From Hypanus sabinus (lineage: Eukaryota), in contig NC_082718.1 in the NCBI RefSeq assembly GCF_030144855.1, positions 106,268,001-106,332,000 on the forward strand: DNA of 64,000 bases, written 5' to 3'. The translations under genes and the position numbers were made by a program. Of this stretch, positions 1 to 12,815 are shown in pieces (positions within the stretch are counted from its first letter, which is position 1; every line of letters begins with the position of its first letter). The notes beneath the pieces are model-generated. The model saw only the letters and a list, made by a program, of their open reading frames with translations, ran no database searches and was not told where the DNA came from.

Positions 1-359
1 ACTGTTTCCCATTTGATCAGTATATCTATACTACATAAATCAAGGTCTACAGATGAAGATCATTTTAAAGTGATCATAATCAAGAGACAAATGAGAAATT
101 AAATTAACTCCTATACTTTTTGCTCTGAAGAGGAGTTTTAATGAGAAAATAGGGTATTTATTTTACTTTAATTTAGTATAGAACTGTAGTTCTTAGAGTT
201 AAGCAAAATATAGTAGCCTAGTATAAATGGAATTCTAATAGCTTAAAATTAATGGAATTCATTACTTTAATTTATAAATTGGAATTGCTTGAAACAGCTT
301 AGAAGTAAACTACATTTACACATTTATAGAAAATTTTTTAATTATCATTTATATGCCAC

Positions 360-2050
360 TGGGGTTTCTGTAATGCAGGGCCACTAGCTTCCATCAAGAT
401 TCTGGCATAAGGAACAAGTGGCATGTTACTGGTGAGTTTCTCCTGTAAACGCTGCAGAGAAGTAACAGTGCTGAGTCAGATAATCTGGCACAATATACAT
501 CATCTCACAGAAGAGAGGGGCAATTTTGACCAAGTTTTAGCGATTGACAATGGACTTACGAAATGGATCAATGTAAGAATCTTTTTATCATAAATTGTTA
601 AATTTAGCATAATTCTGGAAAAGAGAAGGACCAGGAATCCTTCTCCTCATTTGGGATGAGGTTAAATTGATTTAGAAAAGCCTAGTGGTGAGAAAGGCTA
701 CTTGAAAGTAAACCAATGTCAGACTAAAGAGATAAGCAATGTGATATTTCCCAGAATCAAGGAGAAGTTAATAACGGTTCAGTACAAAAATAATCCCTCT
801 AAAAAACCTCTCAAATCTAGATCATATCAATACTTCCCATCTCCAAATCTGCTCCCAACCCTAATCCAACATGTCAAAGATAAGGCTAAAAAGAAAAAAG
901 GAAAGTTATGTTAGATACCGAGAGCTCAATATTCTAGAAAAACAAGACAAGCAGTGATAAGGTAAAATTGAAAAGGAATTGAGAAAGTCAGAGAATATAT
1001 AACAAAGATTTGCAACTGAAATCACAGGTAGTGTTAATATATCTTATGAATGCTTAGGTTAGGAGGTTGACAAAAGGAAATTGAAGGCTTTTAAGAAACT
1101 AAAAGGTAACCTGAGAGGATAGATAGAGACTTGGATAAGTTTATAAATGAAACTTTCATGTCTTTCTTCACAAAAGAAAATAATAATGTAGGCATTCTAA
1201 TTAAGGAATAAAAGTGTGAAAATTGTTCATGGTAGCCATAAAGACAGAGGTTGTGAGATTTAGCTTCCTTAAAAGTAGATAATTTGCCAGGCCAAGATAC
1301 AATAATCCAAGGCTGTTAAGGAAAGCAAAAATTGAAAATAACAAACATTCTGATCATTGTTTCCCAAACCTCTTTGGTTACAAATGTGTTTCCAAAGAAC
1401 TAACAGCTATTAATGTGGGATCACTATTTACAAAACAACAAAGGGTAATATCAGGTTATCATTGTCAGTCAAACATCAGTTATTCAAATTTATTATCAGA
1501 ATAAATTGTAAGGGACAGTATAAATCATTATTTAAATAGACAAATTAATTAAGCATTGTTGGCATGGGTTTGTTGAAGGAAGGTCATTTATGATTGTTAA
1601 TTTTTTTTATGGATTCATAAGGAGCTCAGTGTATCTTCTTAAGACCATCCCCTCTGCTAGGCCATAGGCCATGGACAGCAGCTCATCAGAGTCTTCAGTC
1701 CTGGACCGAAGGTCGATCGGCCCTCTGTCTTCTGCTTTCATATGCCTTCTACGTGAATATCCTTCTCTGCAAGGATGAGGTCTTTGGAGCTTCTGTAGTT
1801 CTGCATTTCAGACTGATAGCCCCATTCCCAACCCTCTTCCTTTTGCAGTCGGACTTGGAAATGTCCATGGCAGAGTTACTGTAGGTCAGTGTATCTGATA
1901 CGACTTAAATAGATTTTGGTGAAATGCTTGGCAAAGTTGCATTTCGTGGTCTAATCAAAAAAGTAAAAAATCCGAGAATAGGGAGAGAAATGGGCAAACT
2001 GCTGCCCAAACTAGCTCAGTGTAGGAAGCAACAAATAAGTGTAAGGCTAT
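360..2050 (+). mobile_element. Old, highly decayed CR1-like LINE
   Basis: Decayed K.DN.PG.D.I.PRLL.E region (about 1270-1330) and QHGF..GRS region (about 1560-1590). Confidence 0.55.
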
Positions 2051-2199
2051 TCACTACTGAGATCCACATGGCTCAAAGTAATTTAATATTATCATTCTTT
2101 CCATTACATAAAGATCATTAAGTAGAAGGCAAATATTTAAGAAAATTGAAAAAATGAATTAAAGGAGAGCTGAGGGTAAATGAAAATTCCCCAGTAAGT

Positions 2200-3115
2200 G
2201 TTGATGTACACAGGGACCTTGAGGTCCAAGTCCATAGCTCCCTGAAAATGACTGCACAGGTTTATAGAGTGGTGAAAAAAGGGTATGATATGTTTGCCAT
2301 TAAGGCAATGAGTTCAAAGGTCAGGAAGTTATGTTGATGCTTTATAAATTCTGGTTAGGTTGCATCTGGGATTCTCCATTCTTTTCTAAAAGGTTCAAAG
2401 GTTCATTTTATTATCTAAGTTTGTATGCAGTATACACCTCTGAGATTTGTCTTCTCCAGATAGCCACGAAACAAAGAAAACAACAGAAGTCTTTGAAAGA
2501 CATCACTTCCCACACAAAAATGAAACAAAAACTTGTAAGCCCCAAATTCCAAATCCCCTCCCTCAGACAAACACTAACAGCTTGGCCACATGAAAAATGG
2601 CAGCTAGAACCTCCATTATAGGAAGGATGTGGAGGCTTTGGAAATGGTGCAGAAGAGTTAAACAGTATGTTGCCTCTATCAAGGGTATATTCTATAAAGG
2701 CAGATTGGACGAACTTGGATTGTTTTCTCTGGAGAGGCAGAGGCTAAGGGGAGACATGATAGAAGTTTATAACATTCTGAGAGGCACCGATAGGGTAGAC
2801 AACCAGTAACTTTTGACTAGGGTCAAAATATCAGATACTAGAGGGCATGCATTCAAAATGAAAGGAGGTAAGTTCAAAGCAGGTATGTGGGGCATTTTTT
2901 TATATACAGAGAGTGGTGGGTGCCTGGAATGTACAGCCTGGGGTGGTAGTTGAGGCAAATATGATAGAGCTTTTAAAGTCTCTTAGATAGGCACAAGAAT
3001 GTGCCGAGAATGGAGGGGTGGAGACATTGTGTATAAAAGAATGATTTAATTAGCTGTTTAATTACTAGTTTGATTAGTTTGGTACAACATTGTGGGCCAA
3101 ATGCCAGTTCCTAAG
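2200..3115 (+). mobile_element. CR1 LINE 3' fragment, interrupted by another repeat near 2390-2580
   Basis: RDLGV..H.SLK; Y..RL.ELGLFSLERQRLRGDMIEVY.I..G.DRV. Confidence 0.85.
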
Positions 3116-3435
3116 CAGCAGTGTTGTGGTTCTGGAACTTACTGCCTACACAGACAAAGAAGTAGAAATCCTCACTCCAGTTGAGTTAATCTGTCATAGT
3201 TTATTGAACTACAGACAGGGATGTGAAAAGAATTCTAAATACGTCCTTTTTATAGGTATGGGTACAATATGCTCACTCAATAGCTTCCTTCTGTATTTAA
3301 AATTCAATGATTCTCTGAACCCACTTACCAAATTGTAGTAAACACGAGGAAATCTGCAGATGTTGAAAATTCAAACAACAACACACAAAATGCTGGTGGA
3401 ACACAGCAGGCCGGGCAGCATCTATAGGGAGAAGT

Positions 3436-3476
3436 GTTGTCGACGTTTCGGGCTGAGACCCTTCGTCAGGACTAAC
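3436..3476 (-). ncRNA. Minimal type-I hammerhead ribozyme motif, intact core
   Basis: AGTC-CTGACGA-A-GGG(tctcag)CCC-GAAA-CG-TC-GAC; GUC cleavage triplet. Confidence 0.7.
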
Positions 3477-3966
3477 CAAAAGGAAAGATAGTAAGAGATT
3501 TGAGTAGTGGGGGGAGGGGGAAATGCGAAATGATAGGAGAAGACCGGAGGGGGTGGGATGAAGCTAAGAGCTGGAAAGGTGATTGATAAAAGTGATACAG
3601 AGCTGGAGAAGGGAAAGGATCATGGGACGGGAGGCCTCAGGAGAAAGAAAGGGGGAGGGGAGCACCAGAGGGAGATGGAGAACAGGCAGAGTGATGGGCA
3701 GAGAGAGAGGGAAAAAAACAAACAACTAAATATGTCAGGGTTGGGGTAAGAAGGGGAGGAGGGGCATTAATGGAAGTTAGAGAAGTCAATGTTCATGCCA
3801 TCAGGTTGGAGGCTACCCAGCCGGTATAGCTCCAGCTCTGTATCACTTTCGACAATCACCTTTCCAGCTCTTAGCTTCATCCCACCCCCTCCGGTCTTCT
3901 CCTATCATTTCGCATTTCTCCCTCCCCCCACTACTTTCAAATCTCTTACTATCTTTCCTTTCGGTT

Positions 3967-4001
3967 AGTCCTGAAGAAGGGTCTTGGCCCGAAACGTTGA
4001 C
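3967..4001 (+). ncRNA. Minimal type-I hammerhead ribozyme motif, intact core
   Basis: AGTC-CTGAAGA-A-GGG(tcttgg)CCC-GAAA-CG-TT-GAC; GUU triplet. Confidence 0.65.
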
Positions 4002-7000
4002 AGCACTTCTCCCTATAGATGCTGCCTGGTCTGCTGTGTTCCACCAGCATTTTGTGTGTGTTGTTGTTTACCAAATTGTAGCCCAGTTTGAATACTTAGA
4101 TTTTGTACATCCAAACTGTTTAACCTAAATTACTACTGTTTAACTAACTTTACTGAAACTAAAATGAATAATCATTGTCAGATTTAGTGTCCATATTAGA
4201 TAGCTTAAGCCGGTCTAGTCTTTGACTTTATGTAATTTTGACATCATGTCATTTTAATGTCATTACGTTTTAACATTGACAATCCAAGAATATATTGGCT
4301 GAAAGTGGAACTGCAGATAAAACCTATCAGTCCATGTTGCCCTGCACTTGACTTTCGGGAGATAAATTCATCTGTTACAGAATATAATCTCATAAATTTT
4401 GCAGAACACTTGTCCGTACACAAAACTCTCCTAAGCATGAATATTCCAGTCAGTTCAGTGATCTAGTGATTATCGTACACAAGTGAATCAGAAAAGGCTG
4501 TGCTTCTCACACTATCTCATCAATTTGGTGTTCAATATGTTGAGAAAACCATTACGTTTTATTATTTCCTCAGTTTAAGTATATATCCCTGTATTATCTT
4601 TTTGCCTGATTGATGTTCATCTCAAAAGACAACATTCAGCTTACTTACTCAGATCTAGAAGGCTAAGACATTGGCTTTTCAGGAGAAAAACAATTTTGAC
4701 CTTAAGCATCTGCAGGAAAATTTTAGCAAATAAAACTGTGGAGTTTACTAATAGACTGTTCCCAAGTTACAAATGCCCCATTTATGGACATCTGTACAAA
4801 TGATGAGCTCCCACGATGTTATTAAATTCAAAATCCAATGTGAATACCTGTTTTCTCCTATTAATGGCAGAGCTTGTTTCCTCAACCCTCCACCTAGTAA
4901 TTGTTTTTATCATCAGTCTAATGTGCTTTTGATGCTTTTGTTACGATAATGTGGAGGTTATGTTCCCATATCGAATGACTTTGTGTACTTCCCAATGAAT
5001 GGACAAAATTAATGATCAACTTCCATGAAAACAGAACCTGTCCATTAGCATGAACTGAAGATTTCTGCTCTTTGCTTAACTCTGATCACTCTCCCCGTTA
5101 AGATACCACCGCCAAGTTATCCATACACAAAAACTTCCTGTCTGTAAAAATGTTAGAAATTTCCTGTATGTGTAACTGAAATTTCTTATTTGATCTTGTT
5201 ATATACTTGTCTCCTCATCTTCTACAAATGAACTGGTCTGGAAAAGACAGGTTATTAAATCTTCCCTATCTGATTGATCTGGTTAATACTTCCCATTGGC
5301 AAAGATGTTATCTTGAACACTCTTCAAGTTAAAAAGAATGGTAATTAGTACTTCCCTGCAATTGAAAGTTCTTAAGGAACTACTATTGATCAGGGAGTTG
5401 CAGCTTTGCTTTAGTTATCACATTCTTAGCTGTTAACATCATCCTGCTATCACAAAAAGAGCTTATATAAAAAACTACGTGTTTTCCCTGACCTGAGCAC
5501 TTTTTAACCAAACAGAAGGTACTAATACTGTTCATGTTCTGATATTGACCATAAAATGTATGAAGCAGTGAGTGACACCATCCTCCAAACTATAGCATGC
5601 ACAAATCTCAACCCAATAAAGCCAGTTTCCATTTCTGCAAACAAATCTGGTTAACTATCGGGTATCTGAGTAATGGTTCTCATATCAAACTTCTAGATAA
5701 TAATAGACATCTTTTCAGATTTCCTTGTTAGCTAAACAGAATATTGGAAACTTGTGCACACAGAAGCTTGTGTTATGCATTAACATCCCAGATTTGTATC
5801 AGATGCCTCTAAATATGCTCAGTCCACACCCGTTTCTGTTTTCCAGTTCCAGATTTCAGCAGTAATGTCTCTGCCTATTCGCTGGTTCTGTTTCAAATCA
5901 TCATACTTTGGAGCTCACATTCCCTTCATTTGAAACATACTCACCTCACAATTTTGTATTAGATTTTACACATTAATGAGATAAGCTGGCTGGCACATTC
6001 CTAGCAGTGCTGTTACAAGTTATTATGCTAGGAAATCTTGGCTGAAAATTAAATGTTGAGGAGATGAGATCCATTTGAAATAAAGAATGAGGCGGAGTAA
6101 TTTTTGGTAGTGTTAACCCTACGATATGTATCAGCAAGTCTAATGTGATTGTGTGACTGTGATAGTGATGTCGGAGTCATTATTCTTCCTATGGGACAAA
6201 CATAAATCAATGCTGCTGCACCAATATGATAGCTTACACAATGAGTGATAATGTTATTGACCAGATAGAAAACAAGTCAAGTTTCATTGTTCACTCACCA
6301 TGGTGTAAGAAAACTCAGTGTGAATATTCCCTGATTGTAAAATACCAGTGAGTATGGGTGTTACATTGCAATTGTCAATTGCTACCCATTTAAGTAGTAA
6401 AACCTAGTTTCAGTCTGGTACCATCATTCCTAGTATAACAACATACAATCATTCCTGATATGGCACTGCTAGTTAGTAATATCAATACTGTAGACACATT
6501 GTAAGGTAACAACAAAAATGACTTTGCCAGTCTGTGTTCCTGAAATGCCAATATGTATGTGATAGTAATCATCAGTTCTAGGGCAATAATGCCACATAGG
6601 TTTTTAAAAAAAGGATCTTAAAATTGAACAGGATATGGAGAATTGTAGTTTGTAGAATATAACCTGTTGGTAATGCACGTACAATAAAGTCCAACAATTC
6701 CAGTCAGTGTATCTTTCTTGTTTTGTTCTCCTGTTTGTACTGCTTAGTGCTGCCATAAAGATATACTTGAGTGCTAATGAACGTGAGAGGACAAGTGGCT
6801 GATCATGTATGAATGTAAGCTGTTATTCATACATTAATTTTTCCAGAACCTCTGGGTTGCAGATAAATCCATTGACCATCCCAATTTCATCTGAGAAGGT
6901 GAAAAACAGCCACCTTCTTGAACCTTTGTAATGCTCTTGAAGATGGAGCAGTTACAGGAACTAGAACTAGTAATGATGAAGGAACAATATACAGTATTTC

Positions 7001-8479
7001 CAAGTCAGAAAGGTGTGTGACTTTGATGAGAACCAGCAGATAGTGGTGTTTCCAAAAACCTTCTTGTTGGTGTCAGAGATTGAGAGTTTGGGAAGTTTAA
7101 TCCTAGTTGTTGAGATCCTTAAATATTATTAGAACTACAAAGCAGAGTATCCTAAGGCACTCCAGATCTCTGCTTTGAAGACTTGAGATTGGTTTAAGAT
7201 GTAGATGTTTAAGTTTAAGACTTTACTAGTGTAAAGTCACACACCACAGGATAGCCAGCATTTAGACTGCTCTCATAACTCCTGATCCCCAAGATACTGA
7301 CTGGGGGTATCTGGTGGTATAATGCCAGGAGTGTGCAATTTGACACTCTCTTGCAAAAGATGGACATCATTTACCACTTTGGTGGTGCAAATGTTACTTA
7401 CCACATACCGTACAAGTGCTTGCCTGAATGTCTTCTAGGTCTTCTACATGTAAGGACAGAGTGTTTTATTTACTGTGGAGTTCAAAATGGAATTGAACCA
7501 GGTGCAATCATGAATGACCACCCCCACCTGACCTTGTAATGGAGGAAAGTCATTTGTGAAGTATCTGAAGATTATCGGGCCAGTGATGCTGCAGTGTGGA
7601 TTGATCTTCAGCAACCAAAACCGGCATTGATTTTTGCAAGGCATGACTCCAGCTGTTGTTTTCCCATTGAAGACCATTGGCTTCAGTCTTACCAGGGCTC
7701 ATAGATACTTCTAGTGAAGGTCAGTTACTCTCACCGATCCTGCAATTAACTCTTTGGTCTATGTTTGGACAAAGATTGGGATGAGTTTGAAGCTGAATGG
7801 TCCTGGCAAAATGCAAATCAGGAACTGGCAAGTTGATTATCAAAGATTCACAGCACATTTACTATCAAAGATGTATAAATTATACAGCTTGAGACTGGTC
7901 TTCTAACAGGCAGCTACAAAACAAGAAACCCAAATAACCCAATTTGAAAATAGACCAAAAACCACAGAGAAAGGGAGAATCATGAAAACAATAGAAGCAA
8001 GCCAACAGCATTCTGAACCAGACTGCGTCCCCAGCTTCGCTCCCGCAGCAGCTGGTGTAGGCCCAAGCCTCAGTCCCAATTCATCACATCAGCGAGGCAA
8101 AAACGCACAGCAGCCGGATCAGTTCATAGACTTGGCACTGCAGAGAAAGAAAGAACATTCACGGGAGAGCAAGCAAAATCAGCCTTACCCTTGCCTCCAT
8201 TCCTGACACTCAGGCTTCCTGTCTATCTGTGCCAACATTTAAATGATGCTTGCTAATGCTTGAGAGTAAAGTGGGAGGATTTATCATGCTTTTAGTGAAC
8301 TGGACACAGCTCGGCAGCTTTCAATATTGCCATGCAGATACCAGAGTAGATACTGTACTAGAACAGCTTGGCTAAAGCACAGTTTTATTTCAGGAGCACA
8401 GGTCTTCAGTACCACAGCTGAATGTCTTCTGGTTTGTAACCCCTGGAATCCGGAACACTGAGGAAAAAACATTATTAGA

Positions 8480-8945
8480 ACAGAATCAGAATCAAAATCC
8501 AAGTTTATTAATACTGACTGACATGACATGAAATTTGTTGTTCTGTGGTAACAGTAAGTTGCAATGATGTAAAATTACTATGATTACAAAATAAATAAAT
8601 AGTAAATAAATGGGCTCTTGGACCGTTCAGAAAGCTGATGGCAGAGGGGAAGAAGCTGATTCTGAATCATTGAGTGTGGGTCTTCAGGCTCGTGTCCCTC
8701 TTCCCTGATGGTAGTAACAAGAAGAGTGTATAACCTGGACTCTGAGTGAAGAATACCGCCTTACTGCAGCACCACCTCTTAAAGATGCCATTGATGGTGG
8801 GGATGACTGTGCCTGGATGGAGCTGGCTGAGCATACAACTTTCTGTAACCTCTTCTAATTCTGTGCATTGGACCTTCCATACCAAGGCATGATGCAACCA
8901 ATCAAGATGCTCTCCACCATACATCTATAGAAATTCTTAAGTCTT
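8480..8945 (-). mobile_element. L2/Rex-like LINE 3' fragment
   Basis: LF.LLPSGKR..SLKTHT; (TTCTGA)n tail seen as AGAATCAGAATC. Confidence 0.7.
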
Positions 8946-9479
8946 TGATGAATTTGTCAGCCTCGTCTTTGGCTGGATCCTGTCATTGATGAGAATGGGA
9001 ATGATTTTGGATCCTTTTTCTCTTGCTAATTTTCCCGATCACCTCCTGGATCATTCTGAGCTGGTGATTTGTTTTGAGCCTAGCCCATTTAGCACTATGT
9101 TAGTGCTACATTACATCAGATGGTTTTGAGGAGAACTATGCAATGGTCACTTCATGTATATTATCATGGACAATGTATCTGCCATGGGTGGATCAATAAA
9201 TTTATCCCTTCCTTTCTATTAGCTCCCTGTTATCTGCTTCACAGCTAATCTGGCAAATTCATCGGAGAGAAATTTCCCTACTCACGAGATCTGAAGACAT
9301 TGATGAGGTGTCCACAGCTATTATTCCATCTTGCATCCTCTGTTGTATTTTCCTACCTGTGGGACAGTATATGCAATGTGATTGTGGCGATGAAGTGCGG
9401 AATGTTGTCTTTCAGTGTATTTAAGATTAATGTGTGTGTGTGGTGAGGGGAGAGGGGTGGGAGAGAGAAAGAAGACCAG

Positions 9480-10815
9480 AAAACCATAAGACATAGGAAC
9501 AGAATCAGGCCTTTTGGCCCACTGCCTGCTCTGCCATTCGATCATGAGTGATTTATTAACCCTCTCATCTCCATTTTCCTGCCTTCTCCCCATAACCTTT
9601 GATATCTAACTAATCATTAATCTGTCAACCTCTACTTTAAATATACTCAATGACTTGGCCTCCACAGCCATCTGTGGCAATGAATTCCACAGATTTATTA
9701 CCCTCTGGCTAAAGAAATTCTCATCTCTGTTCTAAATAGATGTCCCTGTATTCTGTAGCTGTGCCCTTGGGTCCTAGACTCACCCACTATAGAAAACAAC
9801 CTCTCCACATCTACTCTATCTCGGCCTTTCAATATTTGATCAGTTTCAATGAGATCCCCCCCATTCTTCTAAACTTCAGTGAGAGTGAGATATTCTCCAA
9901 TACCAGCACATCTTTTCTTAGATATTGCCCCAAGATGCTTACAATATTCAAGTGTGGTCTGACCACTGCCTTAGAAAGACATGGCATTACATCCTTGCTC
10001 TGATATCCTAGTTCTCTCAAAATCAATGCTAAAAGTGCATTTGCCTTCCTTACTGCCAACACTATCTGCAAGTTAACCTTAGGGAATCCTGCACTAGGAC
10101 TCCCATGTACCTCTGATTTTGAATTTTCTTCCCATTTAGAAAATAGTCTATGCTTTTATTCCTTCTACCAAAGTGCATGACCATACACTATATTCCATCT
10201 GCCACTTTGCCTGCTCTCCCAATCTAAGTCCTTCTGCAGACACCCATCTTCTTTAACACTACCTATCCTTTCACCTGTTTCTGTATCATCTTCAAACAAC
10301 CACAAACCCATCAATTCCATCATCCAAATCACTGACAGAAAATGTGAAAAGAACTGATCCCAACAACAACCCCTGCGGAACCCAGCAGCCAACCAGAAAA
10401 ACCCCCTTTCTTCCCGTTCTTTGCCTCCTGCCAGTCAGCCAATCTTCCATCTATGCTAGTGTACTTCCTGTAATACCATGGGCTCTAATCTTATTAAAGC
10501 AGCCTCATGTGTAGTACCTTGTCAAAAGTCTTCTGAAATCCAAGTAAACAACATCCACTAATCGAAAGTTAAGGTCCCAGCTGTGATCTTCTTTCAGCCA
10601 CAACTCAGTGATGTCTACATCATACCTGCCAATTTCTATCTGCATTACAAGATCATCTACATTATTCTGTAAACTGTGTTCATTCAAATATAACACGTTC
10701 AGTCCTGTATTCATCACCCTTTTTGATTTTGCCCCCATGTTACACAACAACTCATCCTGCTGACTGCAATTTTGTCCTATTATCTGTCTGTCTTTCCTCA
10801 CAGTCTCATTACACA
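9480..10815 (-). mobile_element. CR1 LINE with internal deletion
   Basis: Endonuclease N-terminus (LYLN..S..N...ITELW) joined directly to RT (VDVVYLDF), followed by the CR1 3' end. Confidence 0.85.
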
Positions 10816-11679
10816 CCACATCTACTTGTATCCTCGGCCCAATCACTCCAGGACCTCCTCCATTTTGATACCATTAAGTACCACAAATTCCTGCTGCTCA
10901 CTCTTGCTCTTTAGAATGAAGAGAGATTTTTTTGAGAATCTGGAAAAGTTGATTGACTCAGTCTGCATTGGTATGATGATACTACTGATTGAACTGATGG
11001 GTGGAATTGTGCCTAATTTTTCCTGTCACCCAGAACTTGCCTGCACCCCAGCTTCTGCACATTCACCTACACAAAATAATGAGATCCAAATGCATTACAG
11101 TGAAGTAATTAGGTAAGGGTATTGGACAATGATGCTTGCCAGTAGATGTACTGAGACTGGGTTTGTTGTGACCTGTTAGTTAATATTATAACTTGCATGT
11201 CATTGTGTTGCAGATGTAGGATGGACAATGATGTAGAATGGTACACAATGATTTGGGCATCTTTCAGTGAAAATATTCAGCATTATCTTCAGTGTGCCAG
11301 AATCCTGTAATCCTGTAAAAAGAAGCAATGTCGCATCATTCCCAGCATCTAACCTCTCATTATGCTTGCATCTTTTCTATGGGCAACATTGTTCACATAG
11401 CCCGGATCTTGAAAGAGACACTCAGAGGGATATCACAAGAGATTACCAGGTGGATCGTGGAAATGCTTCAGAAAAGTTTCCAATGTCTCTAGGAAAAAGT
11501 GCAACATTCCACCGACTTATGGGACCCTTGAGCCGGTAGTAAAGTGGAGAAGCATTTGGGAAGGCGATGAGAGTATGGGAACTAATGAAAGCGTCGGATG
11601 ATGGGGGGGGGGAGACACCATCTCTCCTACTACCCCCCCCCCCATTTATTCCAACAGTGTCCACATCAGCCACCTGAGA

Positions 11680-12430
11680 ACCGCGAAAACAAGTAATTCC
11701 AGCTCCCCCTGCATGAGGGGAGGACGGGCGCTGAGCTGGTCCGAGCGGCGTCGCTCGGGTTAACCCGCCGCCGAGGCCACACCGCCCTCGTGCGGCCGGC
11801 CGCCGAACAAGAAGCGGCGGGAAGCAAGGTCGGCATCGGTTTGAGCTGCGGCCTGCTCGGAACCAGAAGCGTGGAAAAGCCGGGTACGTAGTGACCGTCG
11901 ACCTTCGGGTGAGTCTCCGTCGGCGGGCTGCTATGGTGGCCCGAGTCGGCGTTGCGGGGCCGATTTCTGGCGAGACCGGTGAGTCGGCGGGGCCTGGCCC
12001 AGACTGGCGTGGCTGCATGGGGGGGAGGGTGTTCAGCTGTTACTCACTTTACCTTCTTTCATTGCAGGGATCTTATTCTGAGGGGAAAATGTCGGGCGGC
12101 TACCGATGGGGAGGCCCATCCGGCGGCGAGAACCGTATCTACGTTGGGAACCTTCCGACCGACGTGCGGATCCGAGACATCGAGGATATCTTCTATAAAT
12201 ACGGAAAAATCCGGGATATCGACCTGAAGAACAAGCGCGGCTCCCCGCCTTTCGCCTTTGTGGAGTTCGAGGACCCCAGGTAAACGGCGGAGCCACGCAG
12301 GCCTCAGACATCGGATCAGAGAAAGACCCTGCGGAACAAAAAGCCACTGTTCCAACATTCAGTCATGGGCTTCTCGCCCCTAACTGGGCTGGTTTCCCCC
12401 ACTGCCTCGTCCGGCTCCCGAATCCGACCA
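11680..12430. promoter_or_regulatory. CpG island / SRSF9 promoter and 5' end
   Basis: Abrupt GC- and CpG-rich segment in AT-rich, CpG-poor flanks; covers the first SRSF9 coding exon; E2F-like GGCGGGAA near 11816. Confidence 0.85.
12089..12279 (+). CDS. SRSF9: SRSF9 coding exon 1 (RRM1 N-terminal part)
   Basis: [39 protein letters not shown]...[11 protein letters not shown] with RNP2 and RNP1 motifs; donor AG|GTAAAC at 12280, phase 2. Confidence 0.95.
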
Positions 12431-12619
12431 CTTACTGCCTCTCTCCCTCTCCCAACCTCACCCTCCACCATTTGAGAACCCTTCTTGTGTCTTGTCTTTA
12501 CCCGCTCCCGAAACTAGGCTATTGTCTCCTTCCTTCGCAGGGTCTCTCAATTACACCCCCAGTCCAGAACCAAAGCCTGTGTCATTCACACTTTCCCTTC
12601 TCAATGCCATCACTATCCA

Positions 12620-12815
12620 AACAAACAAGGGAAAATCTGCAGATGCTGGAAATCCAAGCAATACACTCTCAGTGCTGGAGGAACTCAGCTGGATAGGCAG
12701 TATCTACAGAAAAGAGTACAGTCCAGGTTTAGGGTCCAGACCCTTCATCAGGACAGATCTCGACTCTAAATGTGGACTGTACTCTTTTTCCCGTAGATGC
12801 TGCCTGGCCTGCTGA
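12620..12815. mobile_element. Penelope-derived short repeat (rearranged, inverted halves)
   Basis: AAATCTGCAGATGCTGGAAAT...GAGGAACTCAGC...CCCTTCATCAGGAC then GATGCTGCCTGGCCTGCTGA; same family as 3339-4067. Confidence 0.8.

Larger units (their letters stand above)
3339..4067. mobile_element. Penelope-like retroelement 3' end with inverted pseudo-LTR
   Basis: About 240-bp inverted arms; minus strand encodes a GIY-YIG-type C-terminus RLGSLQPDGMNIDFSNF (about 3770-3825); 14-bp TSD TTACCAAATTGTAG (3325-3338 and 4068-4081). Confidence 0.88.

Noticed and set aside
1-11600. DYNLL1 coding exons expected from human synteny
   Set aside because: No dynein light chain peptide found in the ORF track or by eye; probably outside the window
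11443-12358. Several overlapping antisense ORFs at the SRSF9 5' end
   Set aside because: Expected in GC-rich CpG islands; no recognisable domains
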